Positions 21,028 to 30,239 of a stretch of DNA of 64,000 nt are shown piece after piece. Each line of letters starts with the position of its first letter. The stretch's first letter is position 1. This stretch comes from Candidatus Poribacteria bacterium (GTDB lineage: Bacteria; Poribacteria; WGA-4E; WGA-3G): the NCBI GenBank assembly GCA_963665235.2, contig CAXXLX010000001.1:576001-640000 (forward strand). The letters are read 5' to 3'. Made by a program: the position numbers and the translations under genes. The notes under the pieces are model-generated. The model saw nothing but the letters and a program-made list of their open reading frames with translations, was not told the DNA's origin and searched no databases.

Positions 21028-21555
21028 CTAATAATTTTGATAACCGACCTCTTGGAGTCGTGCTGCTTTCTCCGCAACGCCGTCACTTAATTTCTTTTTA
21101 TAGGCGAGCAGTTTCGCTTCGAGTTCGGGGTCTTGAAGTGCCAAAATTTGGACAGCAAATAGACCCGCGTTCCTTGCACCGCCTGACCCGATGGCCATTG
21201 TCCCGACAGGAATGCCCGGGGGCATCTGTACTGTCGCGTAAAGTGCATCAACACCGTTGAGGGGCCCGCCATCAATTGGTACACCGATAACCGGCAACGT
21301 TGTGTGTGCGGCGATAACGCCTGCAAGATGTGCAGCGCGTCCCGCACCGGCGATGATTACCTGCCCACCCTCTGCTTTAATCTTTTCTGTCCACGCCAAC
21401 GTTCGTTCCGGGGAACGGTGTGCTGAAGATACGGTTATCTCAAACGGGACCTCAAATTCCTCTAAAACCTTCGCGGCTTCTGCCATCTTCTCTAAATCGG
21501 AATCACTCCCCATGACAATACCAACTATGGGGGTTTTCTGTTCTTGAACGGACAT
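21028..21555 (-). CDS. purE: N5-carboxyaminoimidazole ribonucleotide mutase
   Basis: MGSDSD, SAHRSP, AAHLAG, PVIGVP, VQMPPGIPV. Confidence 0.95.
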   Translation of the reverse strand: MSVQEQKTPIVGIVMGSDSDLEKMAEAAKVLEEFEVPFEITVSSAHRSPERTLAWTEKIKAEGGQVIIAGAGRAAHLAGVIAAHTTLPVIGVPIDGGPLNGVDALYATVQMPPGIPVGTMAIGSGGARNAGLFAVQILALQDPELEAKLLAYKKKLSDGVAEKAARLQEVGYQNY

Positions 21556-21647
21556 ATCTGTACTGGACCTCTTACGTATAGGTTGTCTGTGTAGGGCGCG
21601 TTTTATAAGCACGCGCCTCGGTTGAATTCGTGCTCCAGAGAGCACGT

Positions 21648-22442
21648 CTATTGTGGATAAACAATATGTGAATTTCTTTCAATGATAAGCGGTTTGGGAC
21701 CATCCGCTGGAAATTGGGATGCCCACTCGTTCGGATTATAATCACGGGTGACGAAACATGCACGATGTACTGGCACCGCGTGCTTCAAACCGATACGCGT
21801 CGCCATTTTGACACAACCCGCGTAGAACGGAAATTCTCCCTCCGTCGGGTGATTTGTCAAGAAACCTATATCCGGTTGATGCGCTGCGACTGCTGAAATC
21901 AGGCTGTCATGGTCAGCAAAATTATTTATCGGGTCGCCGCTGAAGTAGAGCGTGACCCCATCGCAAGCGATGACATATCCCAGGTGTGTAACATCTGGAG
22001 GAGCTATATCAGCGGATGCGTCGCCTTCGGGCGGTTTTGCATAGACAGCGTGCACGGTAAATCCATCTAGTGTTGTAGAGTCGCCCGCGCGAATCTCTGA
22101 AACGTTAGCCGCGGCAACATCTGTTGCAGACGAAATCTGATGCACACTCTCCTCCGGCCCGATAAATTGCGTTGACGTGGAGGTTTCCCAAATTCGGGAT
22201 ATAGATTCCGGGCACGTATGGTCGCCGTGTGCATGTGTCAACAGCACGAAATCGGTCGGGAGGTCGGCCTCATCGAGCGGCGGTTCGGTGTGGATAAAGC
22301 GGTCCGATGGACGGTTCCGCGGGAAATACGGGTCAATTTGGACAATAGTGCCAGCCGAATTTTTCAGGGCAAAGCTGCTCTGTTCAAACCAATGAACAGC
22401 GATAATCCCTTCCGGCACCTTCAATTTAACAAGTGGATGCAT
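21648..22442 (-). CDS. Metallo-beta-lactamase fold hydrolase (UlaG-like)
   Basis: THAHGDH, YFSGD, PVH motifs. Confidence 0.88.
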   Translation of the reverse strand: MHPLVKLKVPEGIIAVHWFEQSSFALKNSAGTIVQIDPYFPRNRPSDRFIHTEPPLDEADLPTDFVLLTHAHGDHTCPESISRIWETSTSTQFIGPEESVHQISSATDVAAANVSEIRAGDSTTLDGFTVHAVYAKPPEGDASADIAPPDVTHLGYVIACDGVTLYFSGDPINNFADHDSLISAVAAHQPDIGFLTNHPTEGEFPFYAGCVKMATRIGLKHAVPVHRACFVTRDYNPNEWASQFPADGPKPLIIERNSHIVYPQ

Positions 22443-22443
22443 A

Positions 22444-22830
22444 TTATTTCTTTTTCCTTCTGTTTCGATAATAGAGATAAACCGTTAGCACACCGACAAT
22501 TGCTCCTACGACATCGGCAACCCAATCTGCAAGGGTGGCGAATCTACCGGGGACGAAGGTCTGATGCCATTCATCGCTTGCCCCGTAGAGAATTGAGATG
22601 AGTGCAGCGGTAATCCATATCCAATTTGCGGGTAACCATCTCGGTGGCGCGTTCACAAACGCAATCGCCAGCAATCCGCCGAGTATACCGTATTCAATAA
22701 TGTGGTAGATTTTGTCAATCGTGAGCCACTCCAATTTCGGCATCGGCAGCGGTGGCTGCTTCAAGGACGAGCCAACAAAAATCAGTACCATGTAGAGCAC
22801 GGGTGGTGCCCAATATTTAAGAGAGCGCAT
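22444..22830 (-). CDS. VanZ family membrane protein
   Basis: [26 protein letters not shown]. Confidence 0.88.
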   Translation of the reverse strand: MRSLKYWAPPVLYMVLIFVGSSLKQPPLPMPKLEWLTIDKIYHIIEYGILGGLLAIAFVNAPPRWLPANWIWITAALISILYGASDEWHQTFVPGRFATLADWVADVVGAIVGVLTVYLYYRNRRKKK

Positions 22831-24781
22831 TGAGAATTGCATCCACGTCGTAGACACAGCCGCCCCAGGTGCCGCCGCCGACCGCTTGGAGAGCTGCCCA
22901 CAATCTTGTATCATCTGGCAACGCTGCGTCAGATGCAAGGTCGGGGCGCGGCTGTCGTTCTGCTAATACCTGTTCCCCTGCTTTAGCTCCAAAGTGTTCG
23001 CTGCCGTGTCCGACAAGGTCGATGCTTCCTAACAGCTGCCGCGTGTCAATCTGAATCTGGATGATGTCGCCATCGAGCACCTTTCCGATGGGACCGCCCG
23101 CAAGTGCCTCCGGGCCGACATGTCCAATACACGCGCCGGTTGAAACACCCGAGAAACGGGCATCTGTAATCAGGGCGATGTGTTTGCCGAACGAGAGGTG
23201 TTTGAGGGCGGAGGTCAGTTGATAAACCTCCTCCATGCCTGTGCCCAGTGGTCCACGGCAACACAACACCATAATATCGCCCGGCTTGATGTTTACTGTG
23301 CCTTGTCCTTTAAGCGTCTGTATTGCATCAGATTCCCGAACGAAGACACGCGCGGGGCCTGTCATTCGATATACACCGTCGGCATCGACGACGCTTGGGT
23401 CAATGGCGGTGCTTTTAATGACCGAGCCCTCTGGTGCAAGATTGCCGCGCGGAAATGTGACGGTGCTTGTTAATCCCGCTGCCTTCGCGGCATCCGGGTT
23501 CAAAATAACCTCATCTGGGGCAACCCCATCCCTTTCTGTTAGCAATTCTCGGACGCGTGCGCGCCGTTCAGAGGTTTCCCACCAATCCAAGTTTCTACCG
23601 AGAGGTTCACCTGTTGCTGTCAGCACGTCTTCGTTGAGGAGCCCGCCCAATTGCCGTAGGTGTAGCATGACTTCAGGCACACCGCCCGCAAGAAAAACAC
23701 GGATTGTCGGATGCCCTATCGGTCCGTTCGGTAGGACATCGACGAGACGCGGCACGCGCTGATTGACTTCAGTCCACTCATCTACCGTTGGACGTTGGAG
23801 CCCCGCAGCGTGAGCAATGGCAGGAATATGCAGCAGGAGATTCGTAGAACCACCAAACGCTGCATGCACGACCATGGCGTTCCGAATCGCTGCCGATGTG
23901 ACGATATCCGCCATCGTTAACCCCTTCGCTGCCAGATTGACGACTGCCCTTGCAGAACGCAGGCCCATATCCGACCAGATGTTCTGTCCTGATGGGGCTA
24001 ACGCTGTATGTGTTAAACTCATCCCTAACGCCTCGCCGACAACCTGTGACGTTGCGGCGGTTCCGAGAAATTGACAGCCGCCGCCGGGGGTTGCACAGGC
24101 TCGGCATCCCATATCGGCTGCGTCTTGTAGACTTATTTCACCGTGTGCGAACCGTGCCCCGATGGTCTGAATTTTTCCTGCATCCTCACCCGTAGTGGGC
24201 GGCAGCGTTACGCCGCCAGGGACGAGAACTGCCGGTAATTCACGCATTGAGGCGAGTGCCATCATCATTGCGGGCAACCCTTTATCGCAGGTGGCAACAC
24301 CGACTACCCCTTTTCGGGTCGGAAGGGAACGGATGAGTCTTCTGAAAATCTGGGCTGCATCGTTACGATAGGCGAGGCTATCCATCATGCCGACGGTGCC
24401 TTGTGTTCTGCCGTCACACGGGTCGGAGCAGTAGCCAGCAAACGGAATTGCTGCCTTTTTGAGTTCATGGGCGACCGCTTGCATGAGAAGACCGACCTCC
24501 CAATGGCCGGTGTGATACCCCAATGCAATGGGGCTGCCATCCGGTGCGCGGATACCGCCCTGTGTGCTGAGAATCAGGAATTCTTCTCTACGCAGTTCTG
24601 TCGGTGCCCATCCCATTGCGGTGTTGTGGCTCAATCCGAAGATATCGCCACTCGGTCGCGTCAGGAGCATCTCTGCTGTGAGGGGTAGACTGCCTTCGGG
24701 TCCAGCGGCGTGGGTTTGGATGTCATAGATGTCGCTGTCGCCGGTTTCTAAAATGTCGGTGTAGTTAATCGATTTTGCCAT
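22817..24781 (-). CDS. YjhG/YagF-family D-xylonate dehydratase (IlvD/Edd family)
   Basis: [37 protein letters not shown]. Confidence 0.92.
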   Translation of the reverse strand: MAKSINYTDILETGDSDIYDIQTHAAGPEGSLPLTAEMLLTRPSGDIFGLSHNTAMGWAPTELRREEFLILSTQGGIRAPDGSPIALGYHTGHWEVGLLMQAVAHELKKAAIPFAGYCSDPCDGRTQGTVGMMDSLAYRNDAAQIFRRLIRSLPTRKGVVGVATCDKGLPAMMMALASMRELPAVLVPGGVTLPPTTGEDAGKIQTIGARFAHGEISLQDAADMGCRACATPGGGCQFLGTAATSQVVGEALGMSLTHTALAPSGQNIWSDMGLRSARAVVNLAAKGLTMADIVTSAAIRNAMVVHAAFGGSTNLLLHIPAIAHAAGLQRPTVDEWTEVNQRVPRLVDVLPNGPIGHPTIRVFLAGGVPEVMLHLRQLGGLLNEDVLTATGEPLGRNLDWWETSERRARVRELLTERDGVAPDEVILNPDAAKAAGLTSTVTFPRGNLAPEGSVIKSTAIDPSVVDADGVYRMTGPARVFVRESDAIQTLKGQGTVNIKPGDIMVLCCRGPLGTGMEEVYQLTSALKHLSFGKHIALITDARFSGVSTGACIGHVGPEALAGGPIGKVLDGDIIQIQIDTRQLLGSIDLVGHGSEHFGAKAGEQVLAERQPRPDLASDAALPDDTRLWAALQAVGGGTWGGCVYDVDAILNALS

Positions 24782-24836
24782 GATGTGTTCTCTTTTCTAT
24801 CTATAGGATTTTCAACCGCTGAGTCGCTTTTATCCA

Positions 24837-25250
24837 TCAATTTAACCATTCCCAAAGTGTTAGATAATCATCGCGCCTGAGAAAATCTTCGCGCATCTCT
24901 GTGTCAATATTTATGCCCCAGACCTGGATGTACTCAGATTCATTTTCCCCAATCTGAATATGCAACCTCCGTTTTTCTTCGGACCATTCTACAGTTACAT
25001 AACCACTTTCATCACTAGAGATAAATGGCGTAAGCCAAGAATGTCCGGCAGAAATGATTGAATCAAAAAAATCTTCTATGAGAGATTTAGCATGGACTAG
25101 GGTTAACTCGGTCGGCTTTTTGGAGTCGTATCCATCCCAATTGTCTTCCCGTTGCGCTAGGACATCAAATCGCTCCGATAGCTTACGTTTTTGATGAGAT
25201 AGGAGCGTTGCCCCTAAGAATTCGGCGCGGTTTCTATTTGGAGTAGTCAA
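24837..25250 (-). CDS. NWDGY-domain protein, paralog of the C-terminal domain of 27285..28016; original 5' end (ATG 26733) separated by an IS
   Basis: Identical 27-aa block SERFDVLAQREDNWDGYDSKKPTELTL; removing the IS restores MSKPEKIT(T)PNRN. Confidence 0.8.
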   Translation of the reverse strand: MTTPNRNRAEFLGATLLSHQKRKLSERFDVLAQREDNWDGYDSKKPTELTLVHAKSLIEDFFDSIISAGHSWLTPFISSDESGYVTVEWSEEKRRLHIQIGENESEYIQVWGINIDTEMREDFLRRDDYLTLWEWLN

Positions 25251-25400
25251 CTACCCAAGCCTAAAGACTTGTGCCTATTAAGAGCATCGAACAGCGTTAA
25301 CTGTACCGCGTCTATTAAACCTTTGTCTCGTGCTTCGTTCTTGTTTCTCGCTTCATAGAGGGTGGTAACCCACCGCTCTCCACGAAAGGCAGCAGCTGCC
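25226..25400 (-). ncRNA. Predicted omegaRNA overlapping the tnpB 3' end; guide from flank UACUCCAAAUAGAAACCGCG
   Basis: Known TnpB architecture applied to the right-end position; 5' boundary approximate. Confidence 0.55.
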
Positions 25401-26509
25401 TTAAAAAGAATGTTTAATGCAGCGTTGTGGTCTCGGTCTAAAGACGTGCCACAGAAACTGCAATTAAAGGTCCGTATCGCCAGAGAGAGTTTCTTTGGCG
25501 ATTTCTGACCGCAACTTGAGCAGATTTGCGAAGTGTTTCTTGGATCAACTTGGTGGAAATGGAAACCGTCTCTTTCGGCTATATTTCCGCACCACTCAAA
25601 GAAGGTTGCCCAAGATGCATCGCTAATACTCTTGCTGAGGTGTTTGTTCTTGACCATGTTAGAAACGCTTAAGGCCTCTGCCACTAATACACTGTTTTTC
25701 TTGTGGTGGTAGAGTTTGTAGATGAGTTTACCAATAAAGTCTTTGCGTCTGTTCGCGGTTCGCTCATGGTGTAATGATAGTTTGTGTTGTTGTTTCTTTG
25801 AACGGTTGCTACCTTTTTTCTTTCGAGAAAGGTCTTTGGAATGTTTTTGGGTTAAACCTTCTGCTTGACGATACCAGCGTGGGTTGTTCTCTTTTTCGCC
25901 TTCGGATGTTGTCAGATAATGCATCGTTCCCATATCAACAGCTATAGCAGTTGTTGGGTCAACCTTCGGTGTGTCCGTGAGTTCACAGGTAATATGAGCA
26001 TACCAGCCACTTGCTTTTTTTACCAGCGTAACGCCTTTAGCATCGCCTTGAAGCGGGCGGTGCATATAGATTTTGACTTCGCCAAGTTTGGGGACTTTCA
26101 AACGGTCGTGTTTCCATGCTGTTTCGCGTATCGGATGCTCGCGAATACCTTTGGACTTGCGGAGTTTCCACGACATAGACTTTATGCTTTTTCTGTGCCT
26201 TGGATACCCTTTTTTCGCAGTGCCTTCTTTGCAGCGTCTATAGAAACCGTCGAAGGCTTTATCGTTACGTTCCAAAGCACAGACTTGCATATCTTGTGGG
26301 ACTTCGCGAAAGTCTTCGTATTTTTTACGCGCAACCGTCAACTTCCGTTGTTGGTCGTAGCAAGAAACTTTTTCGCGTTCCGTTTCCCAAGCGACCTTGC
26401 GATCATGGCGAGCAGAGTTCTGAAGTTCACACAAATGGGCAAGCCAGTCTAATAATGTTGTTTCCTGTGTTTTCGTAGGATACACAGGGTATCTGAAAGT
26501 TAGTTTCAT
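25247..26509 (-). CDS. tnpB: RNA-guided endonuclease TnpB
   Basis: FRYPVYPT N-terminus; RuvC D (AVDMG), E (LVAE), D (DRDHNAA); CSSC/CSFC Zn finger. Confidence 0.95.
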   Translation of the reverse strand: MKLTFRYPVYPTKTQETTLLDWLAHLCELQNSARHDRKVAWETEREKVSCYDQQRKLTVARKKYEDFREVPQDMQVCALERNDKAFDGFYRRCKEGTAKKGYPRHRKSIKSMSWKLRKSKGIREHPIRETAWKHDRLKVPKLGEVKIYMHRPLQGDAKGVTLVKKASGWYAHITCELTDTPKVDPTTAIAVDMGTMHYLTTSEGEKENNPRWYRQAEGLTQKHSKDLSRKKKGSNRSKKQQHKLSLHHERTANRRKDFIGKLIYKLYHHKKNSVLVAEALSVSNMVKNKHLSKSISDASWATFFEWCGNIAERDGFHFHQVDPRNTSQICSSCGQKSPKKLSLAIRTFNCSFCGTSLDRDHNAALNILFKAAAAFRGERWVTTLYEARNKNEARDKGLIDAVQLTLFDALNRHKSLGLGS

Positions 26510-26605
26510 GGTATATCAAGTATCAAGCGTTTATCCCCTTCTTAGTGGGAAGCGGACACATTACCAAGCGGTAACGCTAAGAATGTCCGCCAACTTGACA
26601 CTCTA

Positions 26606-26634
26606 ATTATACCATGTTTTGGGGTCAATGTCAA
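26606..26634 (-). promoter_or_regulatory. Sigma70-type promoter of tnpB
   Basis: TTGACA-17 nt-TATAAT on the minus strand. Confidence 0.75.
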
Positions 26635-26830
26635 GTTAAAAACGATGTACCAACGGGGTTAGCGGGCTTTCCTCCCAAAGCTAAAGCATTGGGCTTCTCG
26701 CCCGAAGAAGGTGATTTTTTCCGGTTTGCTCATAACGGCATACTCTCAAATTTTTGAGGTTGTAGGTCAGGGCCATCTTCAATAGAGACAGCCCGTATAT
26801 TTAGAGGTACAAACTAGCGGAGTGCTTGTT

Positions 26831-27295
26831 TCACCTTGTCCCGGGTTCTAATGTCCATCCGTTTTTAGTAGCTAGCTTAGCAAGTGCAACCCGAAGCTTT
26901 CTAAATGTCTTACCTTTCTTGCTATCTGTGCCAAGAAATTCGGGATTCACAATAATTTGTGAGTGGGCGGAATTTTCAGGAGTAGGAGCATAGATAATGT
27001 CTACAGTGTGAACCGTATTTTTATCCTCATTTTTTGTTTCCACCTCTTTTATTGCGCGAACATCATGAGCTATAAGACTAACAATACCATCCGTTTCTTG
27101 TAACCTAGAGAGAGAAGGATCGAATCCTCTTAGTTTCGCTCTATCTACGGACGGTTCTTTATTCCTATCATTAAAAGCTGCGGACCGAATTATAAGTTTT
27201 CCTCTGTCAAAAAAGTACTCTTCAGCTACTGATTCGCCTCGGACACTTCGGTATAGCACCTCATTGTCCTGTACGGGGTCGTTTTTATCCATCAA
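26831..27295 (-). CDS. Putative ADP-ribosyltransferase-fold toxin (CmdT-like motif pattern)
   Basis: VLYRSV, SAAF, PSVDR, GIVSL, PENSAHSQI; 154 aa; start overlaps the stop of the upstream gene. Confidence 0.6.
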   Translation of the reverse strand: MMDKNDPVQDNEVLYRSVRGESVAEEYFFDRGKLIIRSAAFNDRNKEPSVDRAKLRGFDPSLSRLQETDGIVSLIAHDVRAIKEVETKNEDKNTVHTVDIIYAPTPENSAHSQIIVNPEFLGTDSKKGKTFRKLRVALAKLATKNGWTLEPGTR

Positions 27296-28016
27296 GTAAC
27301 CATCCCCAAAGTGTTAAATAATCATCGCGCCTGAGAGAATCTTCGCGCATCTCTGTGTCAATATTCGTTCCCCATACTTGGAGATATTCCGCCACATTTT
27401 CTCCTATCTGAAGATGTAATTCTCTTTCTCCTTCATACCATTCTACAATTACATTACCATCTTCATCGCTAGAAATGAAAGGCACAACCCACGGATATCC
27501 AGCTACAACGATAGCCTCTAATATTCCTTCAATAAGAAGTTTTGCACGCGCTAGAGTTAGCTCGGTTGGCTTTTTGGAGTCATATCCATCCCAGTTATCC
27601 TCCCGTTGCGCTAGGACATCAAATCGCTCCGATATTTTATGTCTTTGCAAGTATAGGATAATTTTCTTCCTGAATTGCTCTTCGACTACATCATTAGTTG
27701 TGGATTCTCGCGACTGAGGAAATGCGAATGTATCCAATCGCATAGTTGTTACAGTTCTGTCGATAAGTTTATACGACTCTACTGCTTTAATATCTGCAGC
27801 CGCCGATTCTCTTCGATGAGAAATTTGGGAGGACTTTTCCTCAATAGTCAGCCGAGCAATTGTTTCAGCAAGGAAGAATAGATTTGGTATCCCCAGAGGA
27901 ATATTAGTACCTTCATGACTTCGATCCTGCAAGGGCTCCCCGTAAGCTATCGGTGATACTCCACTGGAAGATATTCCAGCAGTGATTCCTGAATATATCG
28001 CATTTTGTAAGGACAT
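27285..28016 (-). CDS. Hypothetical protein: low-complexity N-terminus plus NWDGY domain (putative antitoxin); start uncertain
   Basis: NWDGYDSKKP...PFISSDEDG.V.VEW; lies between the TIGR04255-like and toxin genes. Confidence 0.7.
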   Translation of the reverse strand: MSLQNAIYSGITAGISSSGVSPIAYGEPLQDRSHEGTNIPLGIPNLFFLAETIARLTIEEKSSQISHRRESAAADIKAVESYKLIDRTVTTMRLDTFAFPQSRESTTNDVVEEQFRKKIILYLQRHKISERFDVLAQREDNWDGYDSKKPTELTLARAKLLIEGILEAIVVAGYPWVVPFISSDEDGNVIVEWYEGERELHLQIGENVAEYLQVWGTNIDTEMREDSLRRDDYLTLWGWLLDG

Positions 28017-28704
28017 CCTCTATTTCCTTCGTGTTGCTTTCAGAGTAGCAATCTACATCGATTATATACGATTTCTCATTAGCTAAGTGTTTGTGTCCGA
28101 AATTTCCAGATACTTCAGCCAGAGCATGAGCCACATTTGCTTTTACGTCTCCATCTCTGAATAAAGATACTTTTTGTAAAATATCGATATTTCTTGCTAT
28201 AGGTGTTGTTAATTCCGGAAAGATATGTTCCGGAACAAAAACCTCAACCTCTTGTTCCACGCGGGGCAGAAAGGTTTTATTGGCTATATCTCGATACCTA
28301 AGACCGAGGCGAGTAAAATAGGAAGGTTCATAGATTTCACTAAATAACCGTAAAACCTTTTCCAATCTTTCTCTAAAATCCGCATAATTTCTGTAATTTC
28401 CGCTACAAGTAAGAGCAATAAAATTCTTTGCTAAGGAGACTTTCCAATCTTTTTTTTCTGAAAAAAAATGGAACACTTTAGTTGTAGAAACTAGTTCCTC
28501 TAGCTCTTTAGGCACATTAGATGCTAAAATAGGCATATCTATATCTGAGGCAAGTTCTGGGTACCCTTCCTTCCGTAAAATATCCTGAAATTTGACTGGC
28601 CTCTCCTCGGAAATTCTCATGATTTCAGGAAAGCGGGCCTGAAATAAAACGTCAAATAGGATATTATGTTCATATTCTACCTTTTCGAATTCCTTAAAAT
28701 GCAT
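27913..28704 (-). CDS. TIGR04255 family protein
   Basis: DVLFQARFP, WKVSL..NFIAL, Y..F.ERLEKVL, RLGLRYRD, YIIDVD, FQWSIT pattern. Confidence 0.75.
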   Translation of the reverse strand: MHFKEFEKVEYEHNILFDVLFQARFPEIMRISEERPVKFQDILRKEGYPELASDIDMPILASNVPKELEELVSTTKVFHFFSEKKDWKVSLAKNFIALTCSGNYRNYADFRERLEKVLRLFSEIYEPSYFTRLGLRYRDIANKTFLPRVEQEVEVFVPEHIFPELTTPIARNIDILQKVSLFRDGDVKANVAHALAEVSGNFGHKHLANEKSYIIDVDCYSESNTKEIEDVLTKCDIFRNHCWNIFQWSITDSLRGALAGSKS

Positions 28705-28928
28705 GGGTTAAAAACCTCAGTTAACTGAATGTTAATAGAAACAAACGTTTCTCACGGATATTTTGAGGGTGTTACCTAAAAAATAATATTGCACGGCCGA
28801 ACGCAACCGTTTGCGCACAGACCTGACGTAAAATTAGGAACTCGCGTAAAATCGGACATGAAACCGTTCACAAAACCGACCGCGACCGTGTACACCGGCC
28901 CCTCCCATAAATTAACGAAAATATTATA

Positions 28929-29234
28929 ACGTGAGTTTAAAAAAAGTTTTCGCCCTCAACGTTCTCTGGTAGTTTTAGCAAAAAACAGCACAAACTAAAT
29001 GAAGATTAATTTTTAAAATCGGTAATTTCGGAACGGGTGATAAATCACCCTATTACAAACGCGTTCAGTATTCGGGCAAACAGTTTCCCGCTCCTCTGGG
29101 CAATTCATTGCCCATCGAATACCAAAATATTTATTTAAACTTCATAAAATTTATGCTACAATTATACCGCTTTTTTCGTCTTTTCGCCATCAAAAGTGTT
29201 TAGTACCAACGAATATTTATTGTCAAGCTCACGT
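28929..29234. mobile_element. Family B MITE (inverted relative to 4836-4986) with a nested element
   Basis: TIR ACGTGAGTTT/CAAGCTCACGT; internal sequence is the reverse complement of the 4836 copy. Confidence 0.75.
29000..29144. mobile_element. Nested ~145-bp MITE inserted in the REP hairpin loop of the host MITE
   Basis: Ends TGAAGATTAA/TTAAACTTCA flanked by TAAA on both sides. Confidence 0.65.
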
Positions 29235-29282
29235 TAATTATAATTATAGTATATTTTACAAAAAAAGTCAAACTTTTTTTCT

Positions 29283-30118
29283 GGGTGTGTAAAGTTTTTG
29301 TACAAAACCGGTGTAAATGTTACACTTTCGACACAAAGTGTAACATTTGGCTCTCGGTTCTGAATGTGTCTGAACGCACGCCACGCATAGCTTTGTAAGC
29401 CGTTTTGTCCTCTCTCTTTCGCAACACAAAAAAAACAAAGTGTGTCATTTCAAACGCCCATTTCGGGTATCTGTTCTGACAACTTTTCTTACCGTTCCAC
29501 CGCCTACTTTTTGACACCGGGGCCGGTGAAAATGTTACACTTTCGACACAAAGTGTAACATTTGGTTCTCGGTGTTGCATGTGCCTGAACGCCCGCCCTG
29601 TCTATGTTTGTAAGCGTTTTTGTCCTCTCTTTTTCGCAACAGAAAAAAACGCGTTGTGTCATTTCGACCGCCGATTTCGGGTATCAGTTCATCGGAGTTT
29701 TCTTATCGTTCTGCCGCCTACTTTTTTGTGCGGTTTGTGTGTAAATGTTACACTTTTGACACAAAGTGTAACATTTGGTTTTGGGTGTTTCCTGTGTGTG
29801 AACGCCCGCCCCGTCTATGTTTGTAAGCGTTTTTGTCCTCTCTTTTTCGCAACAGAAAAAAACGCGTTGTGTCATTTCAACTGCCGATTTCGGGTATCTG
29901 TCCTGACCACTTTTCTTACTGTTTTGCCTCCTACTTTTTGACACCGTTCCGGTGCCAATGTTACACTTTTGACACACGCTATCGATGTCTGGTCAGGTGA
30001 GTTGCAAAACACACCGCTTGCCTCCCAAAAATGTTTTGGGGTGCTGTTATATTAGTTGCGAACTGTTCTATTTTTCTTCAGAAAAAATATCGCAGCCGTA
30101 CAAAAACTTTACACACCC
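29283..30118. mobile_element. 836-bp non-coding element with 21-bp perfect TIRs and internal ~214-bp tandem units
   Basis: GGGTGTGTAAAGTTTTTGTAC at 29283 and its exact reverse complement at 30098-30118; palindromes at 29315, 29530, 29743 and a half copy at 29957. Confidence 0.8.
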
Positions 30119-30119
30119 C

Positions 30120-30148
30120 TTGACAATTCCAGAAAAATACGGTAAAAT
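30120..30148 (+). promoter_or_regulatory. Sigma70-type promoter
   Basis: TTGACA-17 nt-TAAAAT. Confidence 0.65.
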
Positions 30149-30239
30149 ACAAACAGAATAAGAGATTAAAGCGCGTTCTACGATTTAACGCGGACCACAC
30201 TTACGAAACCACTTCATCTATTTGACTACGGAGGATTTC

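Larger units (their letters stand above)
25246..26710 (-). mobile_element. Non-autonomous IS200/IS605 (IS1341-like, tnpB-only) element
   Basis: Left-end hairpin after TCAC at 26714-26711; tnpB; right end ...GCTTGGGTAGTTGAC; flanks rejoin in frame. Confidence 0.8.

Noticed and set aside
25247-26509. Cas12f/type V CRISPR effector
   Set aside because: No array nearby; IS ends and an in-frame empty-site junction indicate a transposon-encoded TnpB.
29320-29977. Short ORFs in the 214-bp repeats; integron attC array
   Set aside because: The ORFs are shadow frames of the repeat; inter-palindrome segments are homologous rather than distinct cassettes, and no integrase is present.
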